Below, piece by piece: positions 9,558 to 19,433 of a stretch of 54,790 bases of DNA; the first letter of the stretch is position 1; each line of letters starts with the position of its first letter. A model generated the notes under the pieces. It saw nothing but the letters and a program-made list of their open reading frames with translations, was not told the origin of the DNA and ran no database searches. The translations under genes and the position numbers were made by a program. Source of the stretch: Nitrososphaerales archaeon (GTDB lineage: Archaea; Thermoproteota; Nitrososphaeria; Nitrososphaerales; JACAEJ01); the NCBI GenBank assembly GCA_013388925.1, contig JACAEJ010000048.1:1-54790 (forward strand). Reading direction: 5' to 3'.

Positions 9558-9705
9558 CGGTTATTCCCACTGATAGGACTATGACTACCTCAGGCCTAAC
9601 CTTCACCCCTTTGGTTTCATCTTCAAAGAATCGGAGGAGTCCAGCGCTAGAAGCTGGCATTGGCGCACTTTTCTTCTTCTTGCTACTCAATCCATCAGCC
9701 TCCAT
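9523..9705 (-). CDS. secG: Preprotein translocase subunit Sec61beta/SecG (start at ATG 9705 or TTG 9690)
   Basis: SSAGLLRFFEDETKGVKVRPEVVI signature followed by a single TM helix. Confidence 0.9.
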   Translation of the reverse strand: MEADGLSSKKKKSAPMPASSAGLLRFFEDETKGVKVRPEVVIVLSVGITVASILLHILLP

Positions 9706-9848
9706 TATATCAACAGGGATGTGGTTAAAATGTGTTGCTCTTCCATACATGAATTTCAGAATTTCACTGCTCACTTCGTTGCCTATTTCATGTAGAAAGA
9801 ATTAACATCTTAAATAAGTGTCATGCACAGTTTGACTGAACAAAAGAA

Positions 9849-10727
9849 ATGGCAGATTTCAACAGACTCCTCGACGAGTTGCGGAAGCGTTCTGGCATGG
9901 ATGGAGAAACTCTATCAAGGCTGATAGAGGAGAAGAAAAGGAAAGTGGGGGGAGGCTATCTAACGGAAAGGGGAGCCCTCTTCCTCGTGGCTTCGGACTT
10001 GGGAGTGTCCTTGGAGCAGGTGGCAATTTCGGACCTGACTCTCAAGGATCTTTATGTCGGGGCTAATGAGATAACCATAATGGCTCGTGTGTTGAGCATC
10101 TATCCGATCCAAGAATATACAAAGAAGGACGGTTCTCAGGGCTATTACAGAAGGGTCGTACTCTTCGATGGAGACGATTTTACGAAGGTTAACTTATGGG
10201 ATGATAAGACAAAGTTGATAGAGACTCTTAACATAAGTCCTGATACTGTTGTGAGGATCGTCAAAGGTTACGTAAAAATGGGTTTAGATGGTCGGTCCAT
10301 GCTATATGTAGGCTCGAGGGGGGGCATAGAGGTTGTATATGACCAAGAGTTGGCAAAGAAATTTCCAACTATAGAGGATATAACGAAGAACATCTCATCC
10401 ATAAAGACTCCAGCCCTATACCTTTCTGTTCGTGGCTTCCTAAAGACAGAGCCAAGATTATCCCAATTCACGAGAAAGGATGGCAGTCAGGGCTCTGTCA
10501 TCCAATTTTACATAAACGATATAGAGAGCGATCAGGCTGTTCGCGTTGCTATATGGGATAACGAGCCGAAAGCCGTATCTAGCCTGCAAGTAGGTTCGAT
10601 CATACATTTGATAAATGTAAGGGCGAAGGTACTATCCTATGGTGAGATAGAACTTCATGGAGATGAAGGAGCCATTTTTGAGATTGTCCCAAAGAAAAAT
10701 AGCAGTGGAGCTTCTCCTGAAAGGTAA
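9849..10727 (+). CDS. RPA-like single-stranded DNA-binding protein (N-terminal helical domain plus two OB folds)
   Basis: GGGYLTERGALFLVASDLGV N-terminus; two repeats of (Y/F)T(K/R)KDGSQG...LWD. Confidence 0.85.
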   Translation: MADFNRLLDELRKRSGMDGETLSRLIEEKKRKVGGGYLTERGALFLVASDLGVSLEQVAISDLTLKDLYVGANEITIMARVLSIYPIQEYTKKDGSQGYYRRVVLFDGDDFTKVNLWDDKTKLIETLNISPDTVVRIVKGYVKMGLDGRSMLYVGSRGGIEVVYDQELAKKFPTIEDITKNISSIKTPALYLSVRGFLKTEPRLSQFTRKDGSQGSVIQFYINDIESDQAVRVAIWDNEPKAVSSLQVGSIIHLINVRAKVLSYGEIELHGDEGAIFEIVPKKNSSGASPER

Positions 10728-10822
10728 GCCTGAGAGCTTGGGCGAATGACCTATCGATTCTTTTCAATGCCTGCATCTTAGTTTCTTTTATGGCTTGACC
10801 TTGGCTTGATATATGTGTACAA

Positions 10823-11281
10823 TTATCCCTCAGCTCTAGATATTATCCCATTATAGTCCTTCTCGGGTATTGGGATTATACTCCTCCTAAAGTAGACCTT
10901 CCACAAATCTTTTTTCTTGATGAAACCCAATTCTTCCGTTAAATCTGAGACGGGCAAAGGTTCCCTCCACAATTTGATGTTCTTCAGGTTTACCGCATGG
11001 GTAAATAGAGCGGATGGATAGCCCATGACTCTCTTCCTCTGATCAGTGTCCATGGGATGAGGCTCACTGGCCAAGGTGCATCTACCCATAAACCTTTTTC
11101 CTTCTCGTCCTCCTATGTAAAAGATAACCCTATCGCCTTCCTTTATACGATAAAAGTTTCCAGTCCTCCTATTGAGAGACCAGAATCCTCCCTGCACTCT
11201 ATCCTCAAGAACTTGCATGGCTTTAATTATTCTATTATCCATTTTGTGATCGATGACTACGAATATCCAATAGTGTTGCAT
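10823..11281 (-). CDS. EVE-domain (PUA/ASCH-like) protein
   Basis: YWIF...W....IKEGDRVIFY...F.G and C-terminal I.I.EKDY..I pattern. Confidence 0.8.
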   Translation of the reverse strand: MQHYWIFVVIDHKMDNRIIKAMQVLEDRVQGGFWSLNRRTGNFYRIKEGDRVIFYIGGREGKRFMGRCTLASEPHPMDTDQRKRVMGYPSALFTHAVNLKNIKLWREPLPVSDLTEELGFIKKKDLWKVYFRRSIIPIPEKDYNGIISRAEG

Positions 11282-11361
11282 GCCGAACCAACCCTAATTA
11301 AGGGTTAAATTTAAATTATGCTCACCAGAAAGAACTCTTCCTATAATGAGTTAGAATAAGA

Positions 11362-11478
11362 TTAGCTCTTCTCCTTTCTCTGAACATCGTACTCATAGAC
11401 GAAGATTATTGCTAAGGCTAAGATGAAGAGAATAGGTATAAACCCGTTTATTAGATCGAAGAGCTCGGTTGGCGCCAT
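11362..11478 (-). CDS. Small (38 aa) single-pass membrane protein MAPTELFDLINGFIPILFILALAIIFVYEYDVQRKEKS
   Basis: Hand-translated; ATG start, one clean hydrophobic helix followed by a charged tail; fills an otherwise empty gap. Confidence 0.55.
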   Translation of the reverse strand: MAPTELFDLINGFIPILFILALAIIFVYEYDVQRKEKS

Positions 11479-11569
11479 CGATTTTCCCTTTTTATAGCAT
11501 TGGTCTTAAAGAGGTTGATTAAAAACATTTTTAAAATAGGCTAGCGAGATAAGATTAGGTGTTTTAAGA

Positions 11570-12253
11570 ATGTGGGGAAGAATAATGGAGTCTCTTCCTG
11601 AGCAGTTTATGGGGCATCTGAAGAAATTTGTTAACATACCTCCCGAAAAGCACTATCTATGGGTCCGTATGATGAGCCTATATCCATATAATCGATGTAA
11701 AGCGCCTCTGGATAAAATAAGTGAAGACGAGGGTGTTATCGTGGCTCGGTGTGATATCTCAGTTACTAGGAGCCTGTTTGATAAGTCGCTTGAGAGATTC
11801 AAAATACTTGATATCCCAGTCGGAGAATCACGATTGTTGTTAGAGAGGGGGACAGATCCTATTCTATTGGAGGGAGAAGGATTACCTTGGGAGGGGCGTC
11901 TTTGGCTGATGTTCCACCACATCCATCCGCAGATAGGATGGCGGGCTGCCAAGATAGATATAGAATACATGAGAAGTGCGGGTGAAATACTTTACAAAAT
12001 TCTTTGGTCCAAAGACACAATCGTGCTTCACGTTGAGGATCCAGACGGGAAATTGTCATCAAAAGAGAGCGAAGGGAAAATCATAGCCAAGAATTTCAGC
12101 AGAAGCAAAGAAGATAATTCGTGGCTCGTAATAGGTGGCGATACAGATGCTGATGGCCAAGAATGGAGACACGTCTTTGCTAAGAGAGGAGAAATCATAA
12201 GTGTTATGAGAAAGTACGTAAAGTATGGGAAGATAATAGTTCAATCGTTTTAG
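11570..12253 (+). CDS. Hypothetical protein
   Basis: 227-aa ORF with an upstream TATA-like TTTTTAAA; no motif recognised. Confidence 0.7.
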   Translation: MWGRIMESLPEQFMGHLKKFVNIPPEKHYLWVRMMSLYPYNRCKAPLDKISEDEGVIVARCDISVTRSLFDKSLERFKILDIPVGESRLLLERGTDPILLEGEGLPWEGRLWLMFHHIHPQIGWRAAKIDIEYMRSAGEILYKILWSKDTIVLHVEDPDGKLSSKESEGKIIAKNFSRSKEDNSWLVIGGDTDADGQEWRHVFAKRGEIISVMRKYVKYGKIIVQSF

Positions 12254-12341
12254 CAATATAATATAATGTTGGATTGTATTCAAATCAGATGAACCTTTAA
12301 GGAACAGATTTTTAAGACAAACCTTGGAGACATGAGTTAGC

Positions 12342-13412
12342 ATGGACTTAGAGGAAAAGATCGAACTAGTTCTTAGACTGCCTACCGAAGAAGTTGTTAC
12401 TATGAACGGTCTTAGAACACTGTTAGAAAGTGAAGAACATCCCACGCATTACATAGGATTCGAGATATCAGGGTTGATGCACATAGGCACTTTGCTAATT
12501 TCGGGCTTCAAGATAAACGATCTAATGAAAGCAGGGATCGATTGTAGAGTCTTTCTCGCTGATTGGCATAGTTACATTAACAACAAGTTTGGGGGAGATT
12601 GGAGTAAAATAAAGACGGCGTCTAGGTACTATGAAGAAGCTTTTAGGTTCTTCAGCCCTGGGGTTAAAGTGGTTCACGGCTCAGAGTTATATCAAGGAAA
12701 CGATGACTACTGGAAGGATCTAGTGAAATTCTCGAAGCATATAACACTGGCAAGAAATGTTCGTTGTCTGACTATAATGGGAAGAAGCGAGAAAGATGAA
12801 CTGGATTTTGCCCAGTATCTGTACCCTCCTATGCAGGCTATTGACATCAAGGCTATGGACATAAGCATAGCACATTCTGGCATGGATCAGCGCAAGGTCC
12901 ATATGCTGGCGCGAGAAGTCTTCCCAAAGCTAAAGTGGAAGGTACCAGTAGCCATCCACCACGGATTATTGCCGGGACTGAACGCACCCCATACCTCAGG
13001 ATTGGATAAAGATTCGAAGCTTGACATGTTGTTCTCGAGTAAGATGAGCAAATCGAAACCTTTTACTTGCATATTCATTCACGACGATGCAGATAAGATC
13101 AAAAAGAAGATTCAAAGAGCATGGTGCCCAGAAGGCGTTACAGACTATAACCCTGTATTGGAGATTTCTAGACAGATAATCTTTCACGAATTCAAAACCT
13201 TTGAGATAGATAGACCTACTAAATTCGGGGGGATGATGACCTTTGATGGCTTCAATGAATTAGAGAGAGCCTACAGAGAGCGAAAGCTTCACCCAGCAGA
13301 CCTGAAGTTAGGAGTGGCGAAAGCACTAGATAAGATAATAGCCCCCATAAGGTCCCACTTTGAGGGCAGGCGCGAGCTATTGGAGATCTTCGGACTTCTA
13401 AGCGTTGAATAA
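12342..13412 (+). CDS. tyrS: Tyrosine--tRNA ligase (archaeal type)
   Basis: YIGFEISGLMHIGT (HIGH), YPPMQAID, GMDQRK, KMSKS, LHPADLK. Confidence 0.97.
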   Translation: MDLEEKIELVLRLPTEEVVTMNGLRTLLESEEHPTHYIGFEISGLMHIGTLLISGFKINDLMKAGIDCRVFLADWHSYINNKFGGDWSKIKTASRYYEEAFRFFSPGVKVVHGSELYQGNDDYWKDLVKFSKHITLARNVRCLTIMGRSEKDELDFAQYLYPPMQAIDIKAMDISIAHSGMDQRKVHMLAREVFPKLKWKVPVAIHHGLLPGLNAPHTSGLDKDSKLDMLFSSKMSKSKPFTCIFIHDDADKIKKKIQRAWCPEGVTDYNPVLEISRQIIFHEFKTFEIDRPTKFGGMMTFDGFNELERAYRERKLHPADLKLGVAKALDKIIAPIRSHFEGRRELLEIFGLLSVE

Positions 13413-13483
13413 CATGCCAAAAATTCTTCCTTGACAACGACCAGATTCCGTTATGTTTCGAATATTGCTATTACTTTCTAGCG

Positions 13484-14032
13484 TCATTCTATTCTTCGAA
13501 GGAAGTAGAAAGTGTAGAAAGAGATGATCGTTATTACGAAGAATATCTTTGTGGCAAAGACAAGATTCCAAGGCACCTCTGGATTGGGGAAGGGGTTTAC
13601 AAGTACATCTGGATTCAGCTCGCCCAATATGCTAGTCGAAGCTATCAAGCCCCCCCATATAGTGAAGTTGAAGAGGACCTCATATAAAGCCATGGACAGC
13701 ACGAAGAAGGCGAGGAGGGTACACACCTGTCGAATGGATCTAGGGAGATTTAGGATTCGTTCTTTGTTCAATTCAAGGAAGCAAAACCAGAAGGCGATCA
13801 TAGATGCTACCAGCCAAGTTGTGGGCTTGGCATAAAATAGAAATTCCATGGGTGGGAATTCTATATTGACAAGGGTCTCTCCAACCACCTCTACTCCTTG
13901 TACCACGGTAGCGACGATGCCATAGACTGTTATTGCAACTATTATTGCCGCAGTCACAATACAGATGATTTTGTATACTGTTCTGATTCTCTCTTTTTCA
14001 CTTGGTTGACCTATCAATTCCAAACTCATCAA
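13484..14032 (-). CDS. Uncharacterised 4-TM membrane protein
   Basis: Four hydrophobic segments; YEVLFNF.IW and PWNLVFATKIF motifs. Confidence 0.75.
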   Translation of the reverse strand: MMSLELIGQPSEKERIRTVYKIICIVTAAIIVAITVYGIVATVVQGVEVVGETLVNIEFPPMEFLFYAKPTTWLVASMIAFWFCFLELNKERILNLPRSIRQVCTLLAFFVLSMALYEVLFNFTIWGGLIASTSILGELNPDVLVNPFPNPEVPWNLVFATKIFFVITIISFYTFYFLRRIE

Positions 14033-14116
14033 TGTTATGCTCTATGCATTTGCATAAAAACTTTAGTTGCTCATTACCTTTAATTAAATGCCATACCTAA
14101 TGCAGAGCGATAGTCT

Positions 14117-15235
14117 TTGATTCCTATTAACAAGCCCCTGATAGGAGAAGAGGAGAAGAGAGAGGTGATGAAGGTCTTGGAGAGTGGTAAGCTGACAGAC
14201 TCCAGCTTGGACGGGAGTCCCATGGTAAGGGATTTCGAGAAGGACCTTGCCAAGTTCGTTGGTGTAAAGCACGCAGTGGCTGTAAATTCTGGCACATCGG
14301 CGCTGATAGCTTCTCTTCTCGCATTAAATGTTGGCCATGGTGACGAAGTCCTTGTACCCTCCTTTACCTTCATCGCAACCGCCAACGCTGTTCTGGCCAC
14401 GGGTGCAAGACCAGTATTTGTAGACGTAAATCTGGAGGATTATACTATTAGTGTGGAAGATCTTGAGAGGAAGATCAGTGGGAAGTCTAAAGTAGTAATT
14501 CCTGTCCACCTTTACGGTCATCCCGCGGATATGGACCCTATAGTCAAGTTGGCAAAAGAGCACGGTCTGTTCGTAGTCGAAGATGCTGCTCAGTCCTTAG
14601 GCTCTTCATATAAAGTGATAGGCACTGGATCTATCGGCCATCTAGGCTGCTTCAGCTTCTATTCTACGAAAGTTGTGGCGTGTGGTGAAGGCGGTGCTAT
14701 AACGACTAATGATGACGAATTATGTGTAAAGCTGAAGACTATTAGGAATCATGGCCTAGCCAGTAACCATAATTCAGAAGTATTGGGTCTGAACTTGAGG
14801 ATGCCTGAGATAGAGGCCGCTTTAGTAAAAATCCAGATGAGGAGGATAAGTTCTTTTTTGGATGGAAGAAGAAGGAACGCCAAGGCACTTTCGGAGCTTC
14901 TTAAAGAATCAAAAGGGGTAAGGTTGCCAAGGGAAAGAAAAGATCGAGTGTACAACTGGTACCTTTATACTGTCTCTTTGGAGAAAAGTCGCGATATGGT
15001 ATTAGAAATCCTCAACAGAAAGGGCGTCGGGGCTACCGTCTATTATAGGGTCCCTATTCACAGGACTGATCTTTACTCAAAACTTGGCTATAGTAATTTA
15101 CCTCTCCCTAATACGGTCTGGGCGTCTGAGCACGTCATATCCTTGCCTGTTCACCCAGGACTCAAAGATCAGGATGTTTCTATGATCGCATCGTCTTTGA
15201 AGGAAGCTATCAGAACAACCCTTAAGAATTTATAG
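14117..15235 (+). CDS. DegT/DnrJ/EryC1/StrS-family PLP aminotransferase (nucleotide-sugar)
   Basis: NSGTSAL, PVHLYG, EDAAQSLG and FSFYSTK...GEGG motifs. Confidence 0.93.
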   Translation: MIPINKPLIGEEEKREVMKVLESGKLTDSSLDGSPMVRDFEKDLAKFVGVKHAVAVNSGTSALIASLLALNVGHGDEVLVPSFTFIATANAVLATGARPVFVDVNLEDYTISVEDLERKISGKSKVVIPVHLYGHPADMDPIVKLAKEHGLFVVEDAAQSLGSSYKVIGTGSIGHLGCFSFYSTKVVACGEGGAITTNDDELCVKLKTIRNHGLASNHNSEVLGLNLRMPEIEAALVKIQMRRISSFLDGRRRNAKALSELLKESKGVRLPRERKDRVYNWYLYTVSLEKSRDMVLEILNRKGVGATVYYRVPIHRTDLYSKLGYSNLPLPNTVWASEHVISLPVHPGLKDQDVSMIASSLKEAIRTTLKNL

Positions 15236-15245
15236 ATGGTAACGA

Positions 15246-15977
15246 ATGGCAAGGATAGCTATACTGATTCCAACCTACAATGAACGTGACAATATACCCA
15301 TACTTATAGACGATATCTTCAAGATTCTTTCCAATGGCCATGATGTGCATATAGTAGTAATAGATGATAATAGCCCGGATGGGACAGCGCAGGTAGTTAA
15401 GAAGGTCTCTGAGCATAAAAATAATGTTCACCTATTGTCTAGGCCTGGCAAGTATGGGATAGGATCGGCATACATAGACGGTTTGATATGGTCTGGGTCA
15501 AACCTTTCCCCCGATGTGTTTGTACAGATGGATGCTGACCTCTCACACCCTTCTTATTATCTGCCAGAACTTGTGAAGAATATTCTCGAAGGATATGATG
15601 TAGTCATAGGCTCTAGATACGTTGAAGGTGGGGGATCTGTGTCATGGTCTTGGCGTCGCAAGATGATAAGCAAGGGAGCGAACCTGATAACGCGTCTACT
15701 GCTCAGGATAAGGGAGAAGGATGCCACAAGTGGTTTTAGAGCATTGAGTATAAGAGCGGTTCACAAATTACTCGGGTTTAATCTAAGTAGCAAGGGCTAT
15801 GCATACCAGATAGAGAGCCTTTTCCTGTACTCTAAGCTGAAATTGCCCATAAAGGAGGTCCCAATACTGTTCTTTGAAAGAAGAAAGGGGATGACAAAAC
15901 TATCGATTTCAGAAATAACGAGCTTTGCCCTTTTGATCATACGTATGAGTATGACTAGGTTCAGAATTTTCAACTGA
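15246..15977 (+). CDS. GT2 polyprenol-phosphate mannose synthase-like glycosyltransferase
   Basis: IPTYNE, IDDNSPDGT, MDADLSH, GSRY and DATSGFR motifs. Confidence 0.92.
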   Translation: MARIAILIPTYNERDNIPILIDDIFKILSNGHDVHIVVIDDNSPDGTAQVVKKVSEHKNNVHLLSRPGKYGIGSAYIDGLIWSGSNLSPDVFVQMDADLSHPSYYLPELVKNILEGYDVVIGSRYVEGGGSVSWSWRRKMISKGANLITRLLLRIREKDATSGFRALSIRAVHKLLGFNLSSKGYAYQIESLFLYSKLKLPIKEVPILFFERRKGMTKLSISEITSFALLIIRMSMTRFRIFN

Positions 15978-16007
15978 TTTGTGATTGGCAGTCGGCTCAG
16001 GAATTAA

Positions 16008-17048
16008 TCAACTTATGCATGACTGTATAATTCTTGACAACACACCTGTTACACAAGATTTTAACTCTTCTCCCTTTAACTTTCTAACTATAAAATTGAC
16101 TGTTAATGTTCCACCTCGCACAGAACCAGAAATTCTACTGGTTATTTTGACGCCTTGACTTAAGTCCACCAGACTGGCTTTTAGCGAACCATTGTCAGTT
16201 TTGAAATGAAGTTTAATGTGAACGGTCTCACCTCTCCGAGCTACTATTTCTTTTCTAATTTCCTTCAAAAACTCTTGAACAAATCTTTCAACTTCCAAGA
16301 TATCTGACTGATTTTCAAATTTGACCTCATACTGTTCTGTAACCCAGCTCATCTCCGAAACTACTTCAGCGTGTTTCATAAGAGTCTCTTGCGTTGGCGG
16401 TGCGAGGATCTTTGAGCTTCCGTTAAGCACTATTCTTGATAGTTCATCAAAACCCAAACCAGTTTCAGCTGAAGTCATAAGAATTTCAGAATCTGGCTTG
16501 ATTTTTCTGATATAGCCGGAAATTGTTGCAAGCTCGTTCGAAGGTACTAAGTCCACTTTGTTCATTACCAAGATTTCAGCATCTTTAATTTGTTGAGAGA
16601 GAAGATGGCCAAGTAAGGTTAAACCTAAACCTCCATGTTTCTTATAGAGCTCGTGTATTTTGCGTGTATCTAAAAGAACAACAATTGGTGCCAGGTCTAC
16701 TCGGCCAGCAACATTCTTTCTTATGGTTGCCCAGACCCTTGATGGGAGCCCTATTCCTATGGGCTCTAGGAATATTACGTCTGGGTTGAGTTTTTCTATT
16801 ATGGAACTTATCGAATCTGTGAAATCTTGTACATTAATACAGACGCATCCTCCAGCAATTTCGCTAACTTCAAATCCAAGGTCTTTTACAGTCCTCCCAT
16901 CGACAGCAATCTCGGTTCTGTCGTTTACTATTATTGCTACATGTTTGCCAAGTTCCGAGCGAATCTTCCCACCCATTCAAACGATTGTTGTAGTCTTCCC
17001 ACTTCCATGGAACCCAGCAACGACTACCATTTTCGGCTTTTGCTCCAA
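16008..17048 (-). pseudogene. CobW/COG0523-like P-loop GTPase (metallochaperone), interrupted by an in-frame TGA at 16977-16979
   Basis: The frame upstream of the listed ORF reads LEQKPKMVVVAGFHGSGKTTTIV-TGA-MGGKIR... (Walker A); downstream are VAIIVND, GGCVC, LEPIG, NKVD and SAETG. Confidence 0.8.
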
Positions 17049-17161
17049 ACAATCACTCAGCAAATGATTGACACTCTATGTAATAACTATGTTGATTACA
17101 GGTTCTTGGAAATATAGCAAGGGAAATTTCAAATACTAGTGTTTATAGCAACAAATCTAGA

Positions 17162-17344
17162 TTGAATGGCTCTGAAGACAAAGGCAAAGAGGTATTTGGA
17201 GGGGTTGTGTACGAATGTGTCAGATGTGGCACTAAGATTACGGCTGAGAAGCTTGCCCAACTGCCAGAGATCAAGTGTATATGTGGTTACAAGGTACTTA
17301 AGAAGACCAGACCTTCTGTAGTAAAGCAGGTAAAGGCAATATAA
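17162..17344 (+). CDS. rpoP: RNA polymerase subunit Rpo12 (RpoP)
   Basis: YECVRCG...IKCICGYKVLKKTRP zinc ribbon. Confidence 0.93.
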   Translation: MNGSEDKGKEVFGGVVYECVRCGTKITAEKLAQLPEIKCICGYKVLKKTRPSVVKQVKAI

Positions 17345-17371
17345 AATTTTATTATGTGAAATTTATTTTTT

Positions 17372-17500
17372 ATGGTAGTCTATATGAGCGGTGAATTCTT
17401 CACAGAACCCAAACCAAAGGTCGACCTAAGAAGACCGAGCAGAATCTGGCATTGGGGCAAGATACTCTTCGAAAAGTATTGGCTCTGGCGGCATTTCTAG
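17372..17500 (+). pseudogene. C-terminal remnant of an SQR-like FAD-dependent oxidoreductase
   Basis: Hand translation MVVYMSGEFFTEPKPKVDLRRPSRIWHWGKILFEKYWLWRHF* resembles the SQR-family C-terminus (G.F..EP.P......P...WH.GK..FEK.W); the rest of the gene is absent. Confidence 0.6.
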
Positions 17501-17679
17501 GCTTGACCTAGAGATGCATAAGCATCTAGCCATATTTTTATTATGGTGGCATGAATTAGGACCTGATCCTTTTAGAAGGGTTCAAGTTCAATAACTTGTT
17601 CCGCTCTATAAAGTCCGCTCTTATGAGATTCTCTCCTTAAGGTCTAACAGAACTGTGGCCCATAATCTTAACGAGAAAG

Positions 17680-17754
17680 TGGGCCGGCCAGGATTCGAAC
17701 CTGAGACCTCTACTGTGTGAGAGTAGCGTCCTAACCAGACTAGACGACCGGCCC
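17680..17754 (-). tRNA. tRNA-Val(CAC)
   Basis: Reverse complement: GGGCCGG/CCGGCCC+A acceptor, CTACT-CT CAC AC-AGTAG anticodon arm, TTCGAAT T loop. Confidence 0.96.
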
Positions 17755-17761
17755 TATGCTC

Positions 17762-17929
17762 TTACTTCTTCGCACCGAGGGCTCTATTCTTCAATCTCAA
17801 TTCCTCACTCCTGCACTTCCTGCACCTAGTAGCAGAGATGGGGTTCTTCGAACCACACCTCAGGCATATCTTGAAGAACAGCTTCCTCTTCTGGGCCAAC
17901 TGCTTTTTGACAACATCGGTAATGGGCAT
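17762..17929 (-). CDS. rpl40e: 50S ribosomal protein eL40 (L40e), not in the ORF track
   Basis: Hand translation MPITDVVKKQLAQKRKLFFKICLRCGSKNPISATRCRKCRSEELRLKNRALGAKK (55 aa). Confidence 0.96.
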   Translation of the reverse strand: MPITDVVKKQLAQKRKLFFKICLRCGSKNPISATRCRKCRSEELRLKNRALGAKK

Positions 17930-17994
17930 CGACTCTTCACCAACAAGTCCTTCTTATAATCCTTTTTTAAATCCTTTCAGACAGTATATGCATT

Positions 17995-19281
17995 TTATCT
18001 AAGCTTCTTTGAAGTATCTTTAATGATCTTGTAGGTGCACCAATCACCACACATGGTGCATGTTCCATTTTTACTCTTCTTTCTAGAGTGTATCTCCCTA
18101 GCTTTGTCGGGGTCTAGGCTCAAGCCTATCTGGGCCTCCCAATCTAGGAGGGAGCGAGCCTTCGACATCTCTATGTCGTGCTTTATGGCCCTTCTGCCTA
18201 GCTTTACTATATCGCCTGCATGGGCAGCTATCTTCGATGCTATAACGCCCTGGCGAACGTCATCGATGTCAGGTAGTCCCAAATGCTCCGCTGGGGTAAC
18301 ATAGCAAAGGTAGTCTGCCCCAACCATGACAGCCAACGCCCCGCCTATGGCACCAGCTATATGGTCGAAGCCGGTAGCAATGTCTGTAACAACGGGACCC
18401 AACAGGTAAAAGGGGGCACCCTTGCACAGGAGCTTCTCCATCTTTACGTTGGCCTCGACCTGATCCAAGGGCAGGTGGCCCGGACCTTCCACTATCACCT
18501 GCACGCCAGCATCCCACGCTCTTTTTACAAGGTGGCTGATGGTGAGTAGCTCTTGGAACTGGGCATGATCACTGGCATCGGCAAGGCTCCCAGGCCTTAA
18601 AGCGTCTCCCAGGCTTAGTACTACATCGTACTTTTTTGCCAGCTCGAGAAGGTAATCGTAGTCCGAATAGAGGGGGTTCTCCCTTTCGTTGTAAAGCATC
18701 CAAGCGGCAAGAAAGGCTCCTCCCCTGCTCACTATGCCGTTTAGCCTTGGGTGGTCGATCAAATGCTTCACGGCATCCAAGGTTATGCCACAGTGCACCG
18801 TCATAAAGGCAACTCCATCTTTCATGTGCTTCTCTATGACATTGAAGAGGTGATCGGGGCTCATGCTGACGGGGTTCTTGTTTCTCCTAACGGTCTCTAT
18901 GTAAGATTGGTACAAAGGAACAGTACCAAAAGGGACTTTCACCTCCTTTATAATGGCACTTCTGATATGGTCCAAGTCCCCCTCCGTACTCAGGTCCATG
19001 ATGGTATCTGTTCCATATCTTATCGCGACCTTTGCCTTCTCCAGTTCGATGCCAAGGTCGCAGATGTCAGTAGATGTGCCTATGTTGGCGTTGACCTTCG
19101 TCCTGAGCCCCTCCCCTATGCCAAGGGGTTTACAATCTCCACTATTGTTACAGGCAACTATTACTGTGCCACGGGCTATGCGATCCCTCAGCCTTTCGGC
19201 GGATACCCCTTCCATACGAGCTACTCGTTTAACCTCTTCTGTGATGGTCCCTTGGCGAACTGCTATTATTTGATTGGCCAT
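17995..19281 (-). CDS. thiC: Phosphomethylpyrimidine synthase ThiC family (a Bza-type paralogue is not excluded)
   Basis: KVNANIGTS, TIMDLST, SRGG, EGPGH, CYVTPAEHL and C-terminal CTMCGDWC. Confidence 0.9.
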   Translation of the reverse strand: MANQIIAVRQGTITEEVKRVARMEGVSAERLRDRIARGTVIVACNNSGDCKPLGIGEGLRTKVNANIGTSTDICDLGIELEKAKVAIRYGTDTIMDLSTEGDLDHIRSAIIKEVKVPFGTVPLYQSYIETVRRNKNPVSMSPDHLFNVIEKHMKDGVAFMTVHCGITLDAVKHLIDHPRLNGIVSRGGAFLAAWMLYNERENPLYSDYDYLLELAKKYDVVLSLGDALRPGSLADASDHAQFQELLTISHLVKRAWDAGVQVIVEGPGHLPLDQVEANVKMEKLLCKGAPFYLLGPVVTDIATGFDHIAGAIGGALAVMVGADYLCYVTPAEHLGLPDIDDVRQGVIASKIAAHAGDIVKLGRRAIKHDIEMSKARSLLDWEAQIGLSLDPDKAREIHSRKKSKNGTCTMCGDWCTYKIIKDTSKKLR

Positions 19282-19433
19282 CTTACCTAAAGTTATCTAT
19301 CGCCTTTTATTTATGAATATTGGGTTCACCAAAATCTCACTCATTAACAAATCAAACTCGATATTGCTCGATCCTACCAAAATCTTTTTAAAGAGAGTTC
19401 TTTACTGCCTTCTCCTACAAGCTAGGTGTCAAT

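Noticed and set aside
15960-16979. Selenocysteine reading of the CobW in-frame TGA
   Set aside because: No SECIS-like hairpin is visible after the gene, the codon is not at a Cys-type position, and no Sec machinery is in the window. Kept only as an untested alternative.
17756-17959. 67-aa plus-strand ORF
   Set aside because: Antisense to rpl40e, which is the real gene on the minus strand.
19282-19433. TPP riboswitch upstream of thiC
   Set aside because: No convincing CUGAGA/UGA-type TPP aptamer core or stems; the region is AT-rich divergent promoter DNA.
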